Source of the DNA: an uncultured Actinomycetota bacterium
GTDB lineage: Bacteria; Actinomycetota; Actinomycetes; Actinomycetales; Dermatophilaceae
Direction of reading: 5' to 3'
DNA: 64,000 bases
Assembly: GCA_963787725.1 (NCBI GenBank)
Contig: CAWBEH010000008.1
Location: 64,806-128,805, forward strand
Positions 18,929 through 29,599 of this stretch are shown in pieces (within the stretch, counting starts at the first letter, position 1; every line of letters starts with the position of its first letter). The translations under genes and the position numbers were made by a program. The notes below the pieces were generated by a model. The model worked only from the letters and a program-made list of their open reading frames with translations, was not told where the DNA came from and searched no databases.

Positions 18929-20305
18929 TCATTGTGGCTGGCGCAGGGAAGCGAGCACCTCGCGGGCTGCCCGGCGACCCGACGCGACGCAAGCCGGTAT
19001 GCCCACGCCCTCGTAGGCGGCTCCGGCCAGTCCCAGCCCAGGGAGGGTCGCGGCCGCGTCAAGGACGCTCTGGACGCGGGTCAGGTGGCCGACCGCGTAC
19101 TGCGGCAGCGCGCCGCCCCACCGCTGCACATGGGCGTCCACCGGCGCGGGAAGGTTCCCGAGCACGGTCCGCAGGTCGGCGACGACCGTCTCGACGAGGT
19201 CGGCGTCGTCGTGCTGCAGCACCTCGACCTCCCCGGCCCGGCCGAGCGAGGCGCGCAGGAGCACGACGTCACTCGCCGCCTCATCGAGCCAGGCCCACTT
19301 CGTCGAGCTGAAGGTGGCCGCCTTGATCGTGAGCGGCTCGACCGGTGGCACCAGGAACCCGGACCCGTCGAGCCGGCTCGCGGCCGAGCGCGGGAGGGCG
19401 AGGGTCACGATGGCCACCGACGCGTACTCGAGCGCGTCGAGCAGGGCGGCGGCCGACGGCGCCGTCGCGTGGAGCAGGCGAGCGGCCGGCGTGGCCGGCA
19501 CGGCGAGGACGACGCCGTCGACATCGAGCTGCTCGGCGCTGATCGTGGGTCCGACCGTGAGGCGCCAGCCGCGCGGATAACGAGCCAGCTCGCGCACCGT
19601 GGCACCGGTCAGGATCTCCACACCACGGGCCGTAAGACCCCTGGCCACGCCGGCCGCCAGGGCGCCGAGGCCCCCGCGGTAGCCGGCGAAGACGGGTCCA
19701 CCCGCGTCGGTCGCCACCGGCTGCCCCACGATCGGCGTCCCGGAGGCGGCCGCGGCCCAGAGCGCGGGAACCGTCGCGCGCAGGGAGAGCCGGTGGGCGT
19801 TACCGGCGTACACGCCAGCGAGGAGCGGTTCGACGAGGCGGTCGACGACCGCCGGACCGACGCGGTCCTCGACGAAGCGTCCGACGGACACGTCCTCGAC
19901 GAGCGGCGGCCCGACGTGCTCGTCCGCCGCCCGCACGATCTCCTCCGGGGTCAGGACCCCCGCCGCGGTCGCCGGCTCGGTAGGGACACCCATGACCGTG
20001 CCGCGGGGCAGCGGCTGTCGCCGGCCACGGCTCCAGACCGCGGCCGGTACCGGGTTCGGATGGGTGAGGTCGGCCTCGAGGCCCAGCTCCGTGGCCAGGC
20101 CGGTCGCCTCCGGACGACGGACCAGCATCGACTCGGCGCCGACGTCCACTGCGTGGCCGGCGACCTCCGCGCTCCGGAGCTTGCCGCCCACGACAGCGGC
20201 GGACTCGAGGACGACGACACGAATACCGCTGTGCTGCAACAGCTCCCACGCGGCGGCCAATCCGGCGACGCCGCCGCCCACGACGGCGACGGTGCGATTG
20301 GGCAT
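18929..20305 (-). CDS. hemG: coproporphyrinogen/protoporphyrinogen oxidase (HemY/CgoX)
   Basis: [15 protein letters not shown] motif, [37 protein letters not shown]. Confidence 0.92.
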   Translation of the reverse strand: MPNRTVAVVGGGVAGLAAAWELLQHSGIRVVVLESAAVVGGKLRSAEVAGHAVDVGAESMLVRRPEATGLATELGLEADLTHPNPVPAAVWSRGRRQPLPRGTVMGVPTEPATAAGVLTPEEIVRAADEHVGPPLVEDVSVGRFVEDRVGPAVVDRLVEPLLAGVYAGNAHRLSLRATVPALWAAAASGTPIVGQPVATDAGGPVFAGYRGGLGALAAGVARGLTARGVEILTGATVRELARYPRGWRLTVGPTISAEQLDVDGVVLAVPATPAARLLHATAPSAAALLDALEYASVAIVTLALPRSAASRLDGSGFLVPPVEPLTIKAATFSSTKWAWLDEAASDVVLLRASLGRAGEVEVLQHDDADLVETVVADLRTVLGNLPAPVDAHVQRWGGALPQYAVGHLTRVQSVLDAAATLPGLGLAGAAYEGVGIPACVASGRRAAREVLASLRQPQ

Positions 20306-20400
20306 GGGTCCACTGTCGCAGCCGAACCGTTATGGAACGGTCCCGGGCCGCTCGAGTGTCCTCACGGGTGAATCACGCACTGCCAGCCAGGAGGTATGCC

Positions 20401-21939
20401 GTGTCCCTTCCCCGTCGTCATCGCCCACTAGCCGCCGTGGGCGCCGGGCTCATCGCCGTTCTCGCGCTCGGCGCCTGCTCGTCGGCCGGTTCCGGCTCAG
20501 CGTCCGCCGGCGGCTCCGGAGCCAGCGCCGTCGCCCCGGCCAACCCCGAGATCGGGGCGCCGGACGCCGACGCGGCCGACGCGGGGGCTGCCGCAGCCGA
20601 CGCGCAGAAACTGACCGAGTCGTCGGGACAGTCAGCGGGCACCGTCCCGGGGTCGGGGCCGGCGGCTCGGAATTCGACGACCGCGGCCGACATCGCCGCC
20701 GCGGACAAGCTGGTCCGCACCGCCTCGCTCCAGGTACAGGTCGACGACGTGGAGGCCAAGGCGACCGAGGCGCGTCAGATCGCGCTCGCCGCCGGCGGGA
20801 TGGTGGTGTCCGAGAACAGCTCATCGGTGCCGATGGGTGACGGTGGCGTGGACAAGCAGGGCAGCCGCTCGACGATGGCGCTCGCCGTGCCCTCCGACAC
20901 GCTGGACCGGGTCCTCGACGAGCTCGGCAGGCTCGGCACGACGGTGCAGCGGTCGTCCTCGGCGCGGGACGTCACCTCGACCTACGTCGACACGCAGTCC
21001 CGGATCTCGACCATGAAGGCCAGCCTGGACCAGCTGCGAGCACTCCTGGCCAAGACCACCGACCTCAACCAGATCATCGCGCTGGAGACCGAGATCGCCC
21101 GCCGTCAGGCCGACCTCGACTCGCTGCAGGCTCAGCTGAACGCCCTCGACAAGAAGGTCGCGATGTCCACGGTCAGCGTGACCCTCGTGACCGCCGCGAA
21201 CGTCGTGGTGCCCGAGGAGGACTCGTCCGGGTTCCTCGGCGGCCTCAAGTCCGGATGGAAGGCGTTCCTCGGAGCGAGCAGTGGCGTCCTGACCGCCCTC
21301 GGCGCCGTCCTGCCCTTCGTGGTGCTCCTGGCCATCGTCGCGGTGCCGCTGCTGTGGTGGCGGAGGCGGCGCACCTCGAAGCAACCGGCGACGCCCGCGT
21401 ACGCGTCGTGGGGTCCGCCGGCCGCGGGCTCCGGTGACGGAGGCGGCTCGGCCGGCCCGAACGGCGGCTCGGGAGGTTCGGGAGGTCCGGGTGGACCGGA
21501 CGGCGGCCCCGGAGGTCACGAGGGCGGCGACGGTGGCGCGGAGGCGCCGGCTCGAGGCTCCGGAACATCGGGCCAATCCGGTTCGACGGAGGGTTCCGAA
21601 GGCCTCACTGGTGGGTCGGGTTCGGAGACCGGCGACAACGGCGGCTCCGAGCAGCGCGAGCCGGAGCCAGCAGGAGCCGGCAGCCCGCTGACCTTGCCCA
21701 CGACGGTGGGGTGGCCGCGCACGCAGGGGGCGCGCGGTCACCCCCTTCAGCGGGCCGAGGCCTCGTGCACCAGCTCCACCACGCGGGTGAGGACGTCCGG
21801 GTCGGTGTCGGGAAGCACCCCGTGGCCGAGGTTGAAGATGTGGCCCGGGGCCTCGCGGCCCTCGGCGACGATCCGCCGGACCTGCTCCGAGAGCGCCGGC
21901 CACGGCGCGAACAGGCTGGCCGGGTCGAGGTTGCCCTGA
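20401..21939 (+). CDS. DUF4349 lipoprotein; the true stop is probably TGA 21689-21691 (apparent +1 read-through)
   Basis: LALGAC lipobox, [29 protein letters not shown]-terminal TM; the annotated frame overlaps hemE by 193 nt. Confidence 0.8.
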   Translation: MSLPRRHRPLAAVGAGLIAVLALGACSSAGSGSASAGGSGASAVAPANPEIGAPDADAADAGAAAADAQKLTESSGQSAGTVPGSGPAARNSTTAADIAAADKLVRTASLQVQVDDVEAKATEARQIALAAGGMVVSENSSSVPMGDGGVDKQGSRSTMALAVPSDTLDRVLDELGRLGTTVQRSSSARDVTSTYVDTQSRISTMKASLDQLRALLAKTTDLNQIIALETEIARRQADLDSLQAQLNALDKKVAMSTVSVTLVTAANVVVPEEDSSGFLGGLKSGWKAFLGASSGVLTALGAVLPFVVLLAIVAVPLLWWRRRRTSKQPATPAYASWGPPAAGSGDGGGSAGPNGGSGGSGGPGGPDGGPGGHEGGDGGAEAPARGSGTSGQSGSTEGSEGLTGGSGSETGDNGGSEQREPEPAGAGSPLTLPTTVGWPRTQGARGHPLQRAEASCTSSTTRVRTSGSVSGSTPWPRLKMWPGASRPSATIRRTCSESAGHGANRLAGSRLP

Positions 21940-22805
21940 ACCGCATACGACGTGCCAAGGCGACGCACGGCGTCGGTGAGGGAGACCCTGAAGTCCACCC
22001 CGACGACCTCCGCGCCGGCGGCGCCCATCGCGGGCAGCAGCTCGCCGGTGCCGACGCCGAAGTGGATCCGAGGGATCCCGAGGTCCTCGACCGCGGCCAG
22101 TGCGGCCGCGGAGTGCGCCTGCACGTACGTCTCGTAGTCCGCGAGCGGCAGCGCTCCGACCCACGAGTCGAACAGCTGGACGACGCTGGCGCCGGCTTGG
22201 GCCTGGACGCGAAGGAACGCGCCGGAGATCTGCGCCAGGCGGGCGCAGAGGTCGTTCCAGAGCGCCGGGTCCCCGTACATCAACGCCTTGGTGTGCTCGT
22301 GGTTGCGGCTGGGGCCGCCCTCGACGAGGTAGGAGGCCAGGGTGAACGGCGCGCCGGCGAACCCGATGAGCGGCGTGGCGCCGAGCGCCTGGGTGATGCG
22401 GCGGACCGACTCGGCGATGTCCGGAACCTGGTCCGGGGTCAGCTCGGGCAGCCGGTCCAGGTCGGCGTGGGTCCGGACCGGCTTCGCGACGACCGGGCCG
22501 GTCCCCGGGACGATGTCGATGTCGACCCCGACCGCGGCGAGCGGGACCACGATGTCGCTGAAGAAGATCGCCGCGTCGACCCCGTGGCGACGGACCGGCT
22601 GGAGGGTGATCTCGGTGACGAGGTCCGGGGTCCGGCACGCCTCGAGCATCGGCGTGCCCTCGCGGGCCTCGCGGTACTCCGGGAGGGAGCGGCCGGCCTG
22701 GCGCATGAACCACACCGGCGTCCGCTCGACCGGTTGCCGGCTCGCCGCCCGGACCAGGAGGCTGTCGGAAGGTCTCGCGTCGGCGGCAGCGCTCACGCCG
22801 GCCAT
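21747..22805 (-). CDS. hemE: uroporphyrinogen decarboxylase
   Basis: [56 protein letters not shown]. Confidence 0.95.
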   Translation of the reverse strand: MAGVSAAADARPSDSLLVRAASRQPVERTPVWFMRQAGRSLPEYREAREGTPMLEACRTPDLVTEITLQPVRRHGVDAAIFFSDIVVPLAAVGVDIDIVPGTGPVVAKPVRTHADLDRLPELTPDQVPDIAESVRRITQALGATPLIGFAGAPFTLASYLVEGGPSRNHEHTKALMYGDPALWNDLCARLAQISGAFLRVQAQAGASVVQLFDSWVGALPLADYETYVQAHSAAALAAVEDLGIPRIHFGVGTGELLPAMGAAGAEVVGVDFRVSLTDAVRRLGTSYAVQGNLDPASLFAPWPALSEQVRRIVAEGREAPGHIFNLGHGVLPDTDPDVLTRVVELVHEASAR

Positions 22806-22826
22806 GGTCGCACGCACTCGCTTCTC

Positions 22827-22896
22827 CCCCGCCGAGAGGCCAACTTCGGCCGTTCTGAAGGCCTTCAAAGCGGCCGAAGTTGGCCTCTCGGCGGGG
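22827..22896. repeat. REP-like intergenic palindrome, copy 2
   Basis: 26-bp perfect arms CCCCGCCGAGAGGCCAACTTCGGCCG / CGGCCGAAGTTGGCCTCTCGGCGGGG. Confidence 0.85.
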
Positions 22897-22928
22897 TGGT
22901 GCGGCTCCGGGCGGGTCGAAAGGGTGGC

Positions 22929-23756
22929 TCAGCCGGTGGCGATGGCCACCACGCCGGCCAGGGCGAGGACGACGCCGACGTTCTGGATCAACCGCAGCCG
23001 CTCGGCGAGGAACGCCCGCGCCAGCAGGATCGTCACCACCGGATAGAGGGAGCCCAGCACCGCCGCCACGCTGACCAGCCCTTGCGTCGACGCCGCCGCG
23101 AACAGCGCGTTGGCGCCGAGGTCGGCCAGGCCCACGAAGGCCAGCGTCGACCAGTCGCGGCGCTCGACGCCTCCGGTCGACCGTCGTACGAGGGCCACCG
23201 CCGCGAACAGCAGCACGCTCGTGAGGCGCATACCCCACAGCGTCGAGACCAGAGAGACCCGCGCTCCGCGGTCCATGCAGAACAGGACCGTCCCGAACCC
23301 GACCGCCGCCACCCCGGCCAGGAGGACCGGGCGGACCGGCAGCCCGGAACGGATCTCCGGGCCGCTGGCCAGCACCGTCCCGAACACGGCGACCCCCATC
23401 CCGACCCACGCGAGCGGGCTGGGACTGTCCCCGGTCGCGACCCCGAGCAGCACCGGCACCGCGGCCCCGAGCGCCGCGATGGGCGCCACCACGCTCATCG
23501 TCCCGGTCGACAGGGCCGCGTAGAAGGCCGCCAGGGCGATGGCGCCGGCCACGCCGGAGGCGACCGCCCAGCCCTGCCAGCCCGAGGCGGTGAGGGGGTT
23601 GCCCATCACGACGACCACGACGCAGAGCGTGATTAGGCCGACCAGCTGCGACCAGCCGACGACGGCGGCCGGGGGCAGCGTCTTGGACTTCAGGCCGGCC
23701 ACGAAGTCGCTCGTGCCCCACAGGAGGGACGAGCAGAGCGCGAGGAGAGCCGACAC
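22929..23756 (-). CDS. DMT/EamA family transporter
   Basis: About ten hydrophobic segments; WGTSDF, GTMSVVAPI and SLYPVVTILLA signatures. Confidence 0.88.
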   Translation of the reverse strand: MSALLALCSSLLWGTSDFVAGLKSKTLPPAAVVGWSQLVGLITLCVVVVVMGNPLTASGWQGWAVASGVAGAIALAAFYAALSTGTMSVVAPIAALGAAVPVLLGVATGDSPSPLAWVGMGVAVFGTVLASGPEIRSGLPVRPVLLAGVAAVGFGTVLFCMDRGARVSLVSTLWGMRLTSVLLFAAVALVRRSTGGVERRDWSTLAFVGLADLGANALFAAASTQGLVSVAAVLGSLYPVVTILLARAFLAERLRLIQNVGVVLALAGVVAIATG

Positions 23757-23818
23757 GGGCGCCACCGTAACGGCGAGCCTGTCTGTGCAGAGGCGCCGTA
23801 CCGACATACGCTCGTCCG

Positions 23819-24400
23819 GTGCGAGGTCGATCACTGACGGGCGAGCACCCTGCCGAGTTCGCCCGCGCCATCAGCGCCCTGCGGGAGGCTCGCCTGCGCC
23901 CCGAGGTCCGCCTCACCGAGGTGCCGGCGCCGCAGCGGATCGCCCCGTACGCCGTCGCCCTCACCGCCGACGTCGTGTCGAACGCCTCCGACGAGGACGA
24001 GCTGGCCTCGGGACGCTTCGTCCTGCTCCACGACCCGTCGGCGCCCGGCCCGTGGGAGGGCGAGTGGCGCGCCGTCACCTTCGCCCGGGCCGAGCTCGAA
24101 CCCGAGCTGGCCAGCGACCCCATGCTCGGCGCCGTCGGCTGGTCCTGGCTGGTCGACGCGCTGGACGCGCGACAGCTGGGCTACGTCGCGGAGGCCGGCA
24201 CCGTCACCCGCGTCGTCTCCGAGAGCTTCGCCGGGCTCGCCGACCGCGAACCGACCGTCGAGATGGAGGTCCGCGCGTCGTGGACCCCGCGCGGCGAGAT
24301 CGGCGGCCACCTGCTGGCATGGTCCGACCTCCTCTGCACGATCGCCGGGTTGCCGCCGCTCCCGGAGGGGGTCGTGGCACTGCCCGGCCAACGGCGGTGA
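23819..24400 (+). CDS. DUF3000 family protein
   Basis: PAPQRIAPYAVAL, ASGRFVLLHDP, VGWSWLVDAL, GTVTRV, RASWTP; conserved position before rnd. Confidence 0.88.
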   Translation: MRGRSLTGEHPAEFARAISALREARLRPEVRLTEVPAPQRIAPYAVALTADVVSNASDEDELASGRFVLLHDPSAPGPWEGEWRAVTFARAELEPELASDPMLGAVGWSWLVDALDARQLGYVAEAGTVTRVVSESFAGLADREPTVEMEVRASWTPRGEIGGHLLAWSDLLCTIAGLPPLPEGVVALPGQRR

Positions 24401-25674
24401 CCTCCGGCTCGGGGGCCGGCCACACCGACGAGGACGTCACCGACGAGGACATCGTCGAGGCAGCAGATGCCGAACCCGAACGGCCGCTGACGCCACTGCT
24501 GGCCCCCAGCGACGGTGTGCCCGACGTCGTGGTCGACGAGCGCCGGCTGGTCGAAGCGGGCCGGGCGATCGCCGGCGGTACCGGTCCCGTGGCCGTCGAC
24601 GCCGAACGCGCCTCCGGCCACCGCTACGGCCAGAAGGCCTACCTCGTGCAGCTGCGTCGCGCCGGTTCGGGCACCTGGCTCATCGACCCCGTGGCGTGCC
24701 CGGACCTCGGCCCGGTCGCCGAAGGCATCGGCGACGCCGAGTGGGTACTCCACGCGGCGACGCAGGACCTGCCGTGCCTCGCCCAGGTCGGCCTGAGACC
24801 GGCGAAGCTGTTCGACACCGAGCTCGGGGCCCGGCTGGTCGGACTTCCCCGCGTCGGGCTCGGCGCAGCGGTGGAGCACTATCTCGGCCTGTCCCTGGCC
24901 AAGGAGCACTCGGCCGTCGACTGGTCGACCCGGCCGCTGCCCGAACCCTGGCTCCGGTATGCCGCGCTCGACGTCGAGGTCCTCGTCGAGCTGCGCGACG
25001 CGATCGCCGCGGACCTGGCCGCCCAGAGCAAGACGGGGTGGGCCGACGAGGAGTTCGACGCTCTGCTCACGTTCGCGGGCCCACCAGTCCGCGTCGACCC
25101 CTGGCGCCGTACGTCGGGGATGCACCGGATCCGCAAGCGCCGCGGCCTCGCCACCGTCAAGGAGCTGTGGACCACCCGCGACCGGATCGCCGAACGGCGC
25201 GACACCTCGCCCGGCCGGGTCCTGCCGGACAGCGTCATCGTCGAGCTCGCGACCCTCGCTCCCACGACGGCCGAGGAGCTGAACGAGGTCCGCGAGCTGC
25301 GTCCTGCGCGCCGCAACGCCAAGGTCTGGCTCGACGCCGTCCGCCGGGCCCAGAGCCTCCCGGAGAGCGCGCTGCCGCCGCTCGCTCTGCCCGGTACCGG
25401 CCCGCCACCCGCGCGCGCGTGGACCGAACGCGACCCCGTGGCCGCCGCCCGGCTCGCCCAGGCGCGCGAGGAGCTTCTCGCCTTCGGGACGGAGCATTCC
25501 GTCCCGGTCGAGAACCTGCTGACTCCCGACGTGCTCCGCCGCCTCCTGTGGACGCCGCCGGCCGACCTCAGCGAAGCGGGGATCGCCGCCGTGCTCTCCG
25601 CCCTCGGGGCCCGACCGTGGCAGGTCGGGATCGCCGCGCCCATCGTCGCTCGGGCCTGCGCCGACCACTCATGA
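24397..25674 (+). CDS. rnd: ribonuclease D (3'-5' exonuclease + HRDC)
   Basis: AVDAERASG, LHAATQDL, FDTELG, YAALDVE, DTSPGRVLPD (HRDC). Confidence 0.9.
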   Translation: MTSGSGAGHTDEDVTDEDIVEAADAEPERPLTPLLAPSDGVPDVVVDERRLVEAGRAIAGGTGPVAVDAERASGHRYGQKAYLVQLRRAGSGTWLIDPVACPDLGPVAEGIGDAEWVLHAATQDLPCLAQVGLRPAKLFDTELGARLVGLPRVGLGAAVEHYLGLSLAKEHSAVDWSTRPLPEPWLRYAALDVEVLVELRDAIAADLAAQSKTGWADEEFDALLTFAGPPVRVDPWRRTSGMHRIRKRRGLATVKELWTTRDRIAERRDTSPGRVLPDSVIVELATLAPTTAEELNEVRELRPARRNAKVWLDAVRRAQSLPESALPPLALPGTGPPPARAWTERDPVAAARLAQAREELLAFGTEHSVPVENLLTPDVLRRLLWTPPADLSEAGIAAVLSALGARPWQVGIAAPIVARACADHS

Positions 25675-25747
25675 CGCACCACCACCGATAACCCCCGGCG
25701 GGTATCACCGCCGCCGCATCGCACTCCCTCAACTCGAGGGGGACGAC

Positions 25748-26293
25748 ATGAACGGCAGTGCGCGCCGGGCACGGACCAGGCTGCGCGCTGCCCGCTGGCG
25801 CTTCTGGCTTCGCCGGTACGGGCCGGCCGAGGTCGCCTGCCTCGTGACGATGCTCGCCGCGAGCATCGTGGCCGCGCGACTCACGACGTCCCCTCCGCTG
25901 CTCGCCGCGAGTGCCATCGCCGGCGCGACGGTCGGGTTCTACGGGGTCCTCGTCGTCGCCGTCGTCCGGGAGCAGCGCCTCATCGTCGACCCCGCATTGC
26001 CGCGGTATGCGGGTCGCCTCGTCTCCCGCACCCTCCTGCTGCTCACCGCGGAGTTCGGTGCGGCGGAGCTGCTCGACACGTTCGTGTGGCGGCCCGCGCT
26101 GATGATGGGGGCGGTCGTGGTGCTCGACGAACCCGTGTGGGGGCTGCTGGCCGGGAAATTGGCCGCCGACGTCCTCTTCTACGTCGTCTCGGCGTTCGGG
26201 TACCGCGTCACCGAGCTCACCGGCATCCGGCACGCTCGACGTTCGGCCGCCGCGGAGCCCAGGGCGCCCCGCGAAGCGATATCTCATATGTGA
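25748..26293 (+). CDS. hypothetical membrane protein
   Basis: RRYGPAE...GFYG...EFGAAELLDT...GKLAADVLFY; four to five hydrophobic segments; GAGGGGGA RBS. Confidence 0.7.
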   Translation: MNGSARRARTRLRAARWRFWLRRYGPAEVACLVTMLAASIVAARLTTSPPLLAASAIAGATVGFYGVLVVAVVREQRLIVDPALPRYAGRLVSRTLLLLTAEFGAAELLDTFVWRPALMMGAVVVLDEPVWGLLAGKLAADVLFYVVSAFGYRVTELTGIRHARRSAAAEPRAPREAISHM

Positions 26294-26301
26294 GATAGGG
26301 T
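26280..26301 (+). promoter_or_regulatory. palindrome TATCTCA-N4-TGAGATA overlapping a putative -10 (TAGGGT)
   Basis: AT-rich 7-bp inverted repeat at 26280-26297; TAGGGT at 26296-26301 lies 7 nt before GTG 26309. Confidence 0.6.
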
Positions 26302-26308
26302 GTTCGGC

Positions 26309-27844
26309 GTGACCGTCACCGACACCTACCTCGAGCGGATCGGCTCCCTGATCCGCGACGCGCGCCGCCACAAGGGGCTCACGCAGTCCGAGCTGGCGCG
26401 CTCGCTGGGGACCAGCCAGAGCGCCGTCGCCCGCATCGAGCAGGGCCAGCAGAACCTCAGCCTGGACACTCTCGCCCGGATCGGCGAGAGCCTGGACTCC
26501 GAGTTCGTGTCGCTCGGACACTCCGGCCCGCAGCACCTGCGCATCGTCGGCGGCCAGAAGCTCCACGGCGCCATCGACGTCAAGACCTCCAAGAACGCCG
26601 CCGTCGCCCTGCTCTGCGCCTCGCTGCTCAACCGCGGGCGCACCACCCTGCGCAACCTGGCGCGCATCGAGGAGGTCAACCGGATCCTCGAGGTGCTGCA
26701 CTCTCTCGGGGTCCGCACCCGTTGGATCCCCGGGAGCAACGACCTCGAGGTGGTCCCGCCGGCCCAGCTCGACCTCGACGGCATCGACGTCGAGGCCGCC
26801 CGCCGCACCCGGACGGTGATCATGTTCCTCGGGCCGCTCCTGCACGACCACCCGTCGTTCCGGCTGCCGTATGCGGGAGGCTGCGATCTCGGTACCCGCA
26901 CCGTCGAGCCGCATCTCTCCTCGCTGCGCCACTTCGGCCTCGACGTCGTCGCGACCCACGGGTTCTACGAGGCGACCTCCGACCCGAACCGTCGGCCGAC
27001 CCGGCCCATCGTGCTGACCGAGCGCGGCGACACCGTCACCGAGAACGCCCTGATGGCGGCCGCGCGGTACGCCGGCACCACGGTGATCCGCAACGCCAGC
27101 CCGAACTACATGGTCCAGGACCTCTGCTTCTTCCTCGAGCGGCTCGGCGTCCGGATCGAGGGCATCGGCACGACCACCCTCACCGTCCATGGCGTCGACG
27201 TCATCGACGTCGACGTCGAGTACTCCCCCTCCGAGGACCCGATCGAGGCGATGAGCCTGCTGGCGGCCGCCGTCGTCACCGGGTCGGAGATCACCATCCG
27301 TCGGGTGCCCATCGAGTTCATGGAGATCGAGCTCGCGACGCTCGAGGGCATGGGCATGGAGTACGCCACGTCGGAGGAGTACCGGTCGGCCAACGGGCAG
27401 ACCCGACTGGTCGACCTCACCACGGTGCCCGGTCCGCTGCACGCGCCGATCGACAAGATCCACCCGATGCCGTTCCCAGGCCTCAACATCGACAACCTGC
27501 CGTTCTTCGCCCTGATCGGCGCCGTGGCCGAGGGCTCGACGCTGATCCACGACTGGGTCTACGAGAACCGCGCGATCTACCTCACCGAGCTGACCAAGGT
27601 GGGCGCGAAGGTCCAGCTCCTCGACCCACACCGGGTCCTCATCGAGGGTCCGACCCGGTGGCGGGCGGCCGAGGTCATGTGTCCGCCGGCGCTGCGCCCG
27701 GGCGTCGTCGTACTGCTCGCCATGCTGGCCGCGCCGGGGACGTCGGTGCTGCGCAACGTCTACGTCATCAACCGCGGCTACGAGGACCTCGCCGACCGGC
27801 TCAACGCGCTCGGCGCGACCATCGAGGTCTTCCGCGACATCTGA
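26309..27844 (+). CDS. murA: XRE-type HTH fused to UDP-N-acetylglucosamine 1-carboxyvinyltransferase (MurA paralogue)
   Basis: N-term IRDARRHKGLTQSELARSLGTSQSAVARIEQGQQNLSL; MurA SKNAAV, AGGCDLGTR, HPMPFPG and INRGYE. Confidence 0.88.
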   Translation: MTVTDTYLERIGSLIRDARRHKGLTQSELARSLGTSQSAVARIEQGQQNLSLDTLARIGESLDSEFVSLGHSGPQHLRIVGGQKLHGAIDVKTSKNAAVALLCASLLNRGRTTLRNLARIEEVNRILEVLHSLGVRTRWIPGSNDLEVVPPAQLDLDGIDVEAARRTRTVIMFLGPLLHDHPSFRLPYAGGCDLGTRTVEPHLSSLRHFGLDVVATHGFYEATSDPNRRPTRPIVLTERGDTVTENALMAAARYAGTTVIRNASPNYMVQDLCFFLERLGVRIEGIGTTTLTVHGVDVIDVDVEYSPSEDPIEAMSLLAAAVVTGSEITIRRVPIEFMEIELATLEGMGMEYATSEEYRSANGQTRLVDLTTVPGPLHAPIDKIHPMPFPGLNIDNLPFFALIGAVAEGSTLIHDWVYENRAIYLTELTKVGAKVQLLDPHRVLIEGPTRWRAAEVMCPPALRPGVVVLLAMLAAPGTSVLRNVYVINRGYEDLADRLNALGATIEVFRDI

Positions 27845-27904
27845 GCTGATGCGCCGCGGAAAATCTCGTCGCGGTCGGCGTGCTCGCCCGCCTAGCGTGA
27901 GCGC

Positions 27905-28675
27905 GTGCCCCTACCGTTCGACGCTGCCGGGACCGGTTCGCCGGTCGTCCTCCTCCATGCCGGCGTCGCCGACCGACGCATGTGGGCGGCGCAGATCCCC
28001 GCTCTCGCGGAGCGGTACCGGGTGCTCGCCCCCGACCTTCCGGGGTACGGCGACGCTCCGCTCGCGCCGGGACCGCTCTCGAACGTGGCAGAGGTCGTGG
28101 GCTTCCTCGACGACCAGGGCATCGCGGCCGCCGCCTTCGTCGGGGCATCGTTCGGCGGGCGGGTAGCCCTGGAGGTGGCGACCGCCCACCCGGACCGGGT
28201 GACCGGCTTGGTCCTGCTCTGCCCAGGCCTGCGCGGGGTCGCTCCCACGGCGGCGTCCGACGCTTTCGACGAGGAGGAGGAGACACTCATCGAGACCGGG
28301 GACGTCGACGGCGCGGTCGCGCTCAACGTCGACACCTGGCTCGGACCCGACGCCGACGACGACGCCCGGCGGCTGCTCACCGAGATGCAGCGCCGGGCCT
28401 TCGACGTCCAGATCGCGGCCGACGAGTGGCCCGACCCGCCCACCCTCGTGCACGACGAGGTCGAGCTCGCGACGATCACCGTGCCCACCACGGTCGTCCT
28501 CGGCGCGCTCGACGTCGACTGGCTCCAGACGGCGGCTCGCGAGGTCGCCGCCGGGGTGCCCGGCGCCACCCTCGTCGAACTGGACTGGGCAGGCCATCTC
28601 CCGGGTATGGAGCGACCGGCCGAGGTCTCCGCACTCGTCCTTGCCGCGCTGGGAACCGCCAGCTCCGGGACGTAG
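27905..28675 (+). CDS. alpha/beta hydrolase
   Basis: VVLLHAG, PDLPGYG, GASFGG nucleophile, AGHLP. Confidence 0.88.
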   Translation: MPLPFDAAGTGSPVVLLHAGVADRRMWAAQIPALAERYRVLAPDLPGYGDAPLAPGPLSNVAEVVGFLDDQGIAAAAFVGASFGGRVALEVATAHPDRVTGLVLLCPGLRGVAPTAASDAFDEEEETLIETGDVDGAVALNVDTWLGPDADDDARRLLTEMQRRAFDVQIAADEWPDPPTLVHDEVELATITVPTTVVLGALDVDWLQTAAREVAAGVPGATLVELDWAGHLPGMERPAEVSALVLAALGTASSGT

Positions 28676-28710
28676 CGTCCACGCATACCGGAACAGCCGA
28701 AGTATGGGTG

Positions 28711-28748
28711 GCCACGACATGAGCCGCACCGAAGCCGCTCCCTAGTCT
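28711..28748 (+). promoter_or_regulatory. GCCACGACATGA motif 20 nt upstream of -10 TAGTCT of the bdh gene
   Basis: The same motif and spacing recur upstream of the ABC operon (37159-37196); the -10 lies 7 nt before the ATG (leaderless-type). Confidence 0.55.
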
Positions 28749-28755
28749 CCCGGTC

Positions 28756-29541
28756 ATGCCACCGTCGCCGCCGGCCTCTGTCGCCCCTGTGGACCTGTCC
28801 GGACGCCGGGCCCTGGTCACCGGCGCGGCCAGCGGGATCGGGGCGGCGATCGCGGAACGGTTCGTCGCGGCCGGAGCGGTCGTCGTCGCGGTGGACCGGG
28901 ACGAGACCGGCCTCAAGGAGCTCGCGGGGCGGCTCGGCGAGGGCGCGGTCGAACCGGTCCTGGCCAACCTCGCGGACCTCGACGCCATCGCCGACCTACC
29001 CGCCGACGTCGACGTCCTCGTGAACAACGCGGGCATCCAGCACGTGGCTCCCATCGAGGAGTTCCCCGTCGAGACCTTCGAGCTGATCCTCGACCTCATG
29101 CTCCACGCCCCGTTCCGGCTGGTCCGGCAGAGCCTGCCCCACATGTATGCGCGGGGCTGGGGCCGCATCGTCAACGTCTCCAGCGCGCACGGGCTGCGGG
29201 CCAGCGCCTACAAGTCCGCGTACGTCACCGCCAAGCACGGGCTGGAGGGCCTGTCCAAGGTGATCGCCCTCGAGGGCGCCGCACACGGGGTCACGAGCAA
29301 CTGCCTCAACCCGGGCTACGTGCGCACCCCGCTGGTGGAGAAGCAGATCGCCGACCAGGCGGTCACGCACGGGATCCCCGAGGACGAGGTCATCGAGAAG
29401 GTCATGCTCGAGGGCATGGCGGTCAAGCGGCTGGTCGAGCCCGGCGAGGTCGCCGAGCTGGCGGCCTTCCTGTGCGGACCGGCGTCCGCGTCGGTCACCG
29501 GCGCGTCGTACGCGATGGACGGCGGGTGGACGGCCCGATGA
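28756..29541 (+). CDS. bdhA: 3-hydroxybutyrate dehydrogenase (SDR)
   Basis: TGAASGIG, NNAGIQHVAPIEEF, WGRIVNVSSAHGLRASAYKSAYVTAKHGL, PGYVRTPLV. Confidence 0.85.
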   Translation: MPPSPPASVAPVDLSGRRALVTGAASGIGAAIAERFVAAGAVVVAVDRDETGLKELAGRLGEGAVEPVLANLADLDAIADLPADVDVLVNNAGIQHVAPIEEFPVETFELILDLMLHAPFRLVRQSLPHMYARGWGRIVNVSSAHGLRASAYKSAYVTAKHGLEGLSKVIALEGAAHGVTSNCLNPGYVRTPLVEKQIADQAVTHGIPEDEVIEKVMLEGMAVKRLVEPGEVAELAAFLCGPASASVTGASYAMDGGWTAR

Positions 29542-29599
29542 CCGGTGTCGCGCTAGGTGGTGCGCGAGCACACCAGCGAGCCTTCTAGACTCCGCGCCC

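Noticed and set aside
21692-21939. Genuine 193-nt convergent overlap of DUF4349 with hemE
   Set aside because: Better explained by a +1 indel just before TGA 21689-21691.
20821-24123. 1100-aa minus-strand ORF and similar long ORFs (25568-27631, 35081-37303, N-terminal part of 35836-38808)
   Set aside because: Alternate frames over well-supported genes (hemE, murA, dxs, ABC); only the embedded livG and SBP segments are real.
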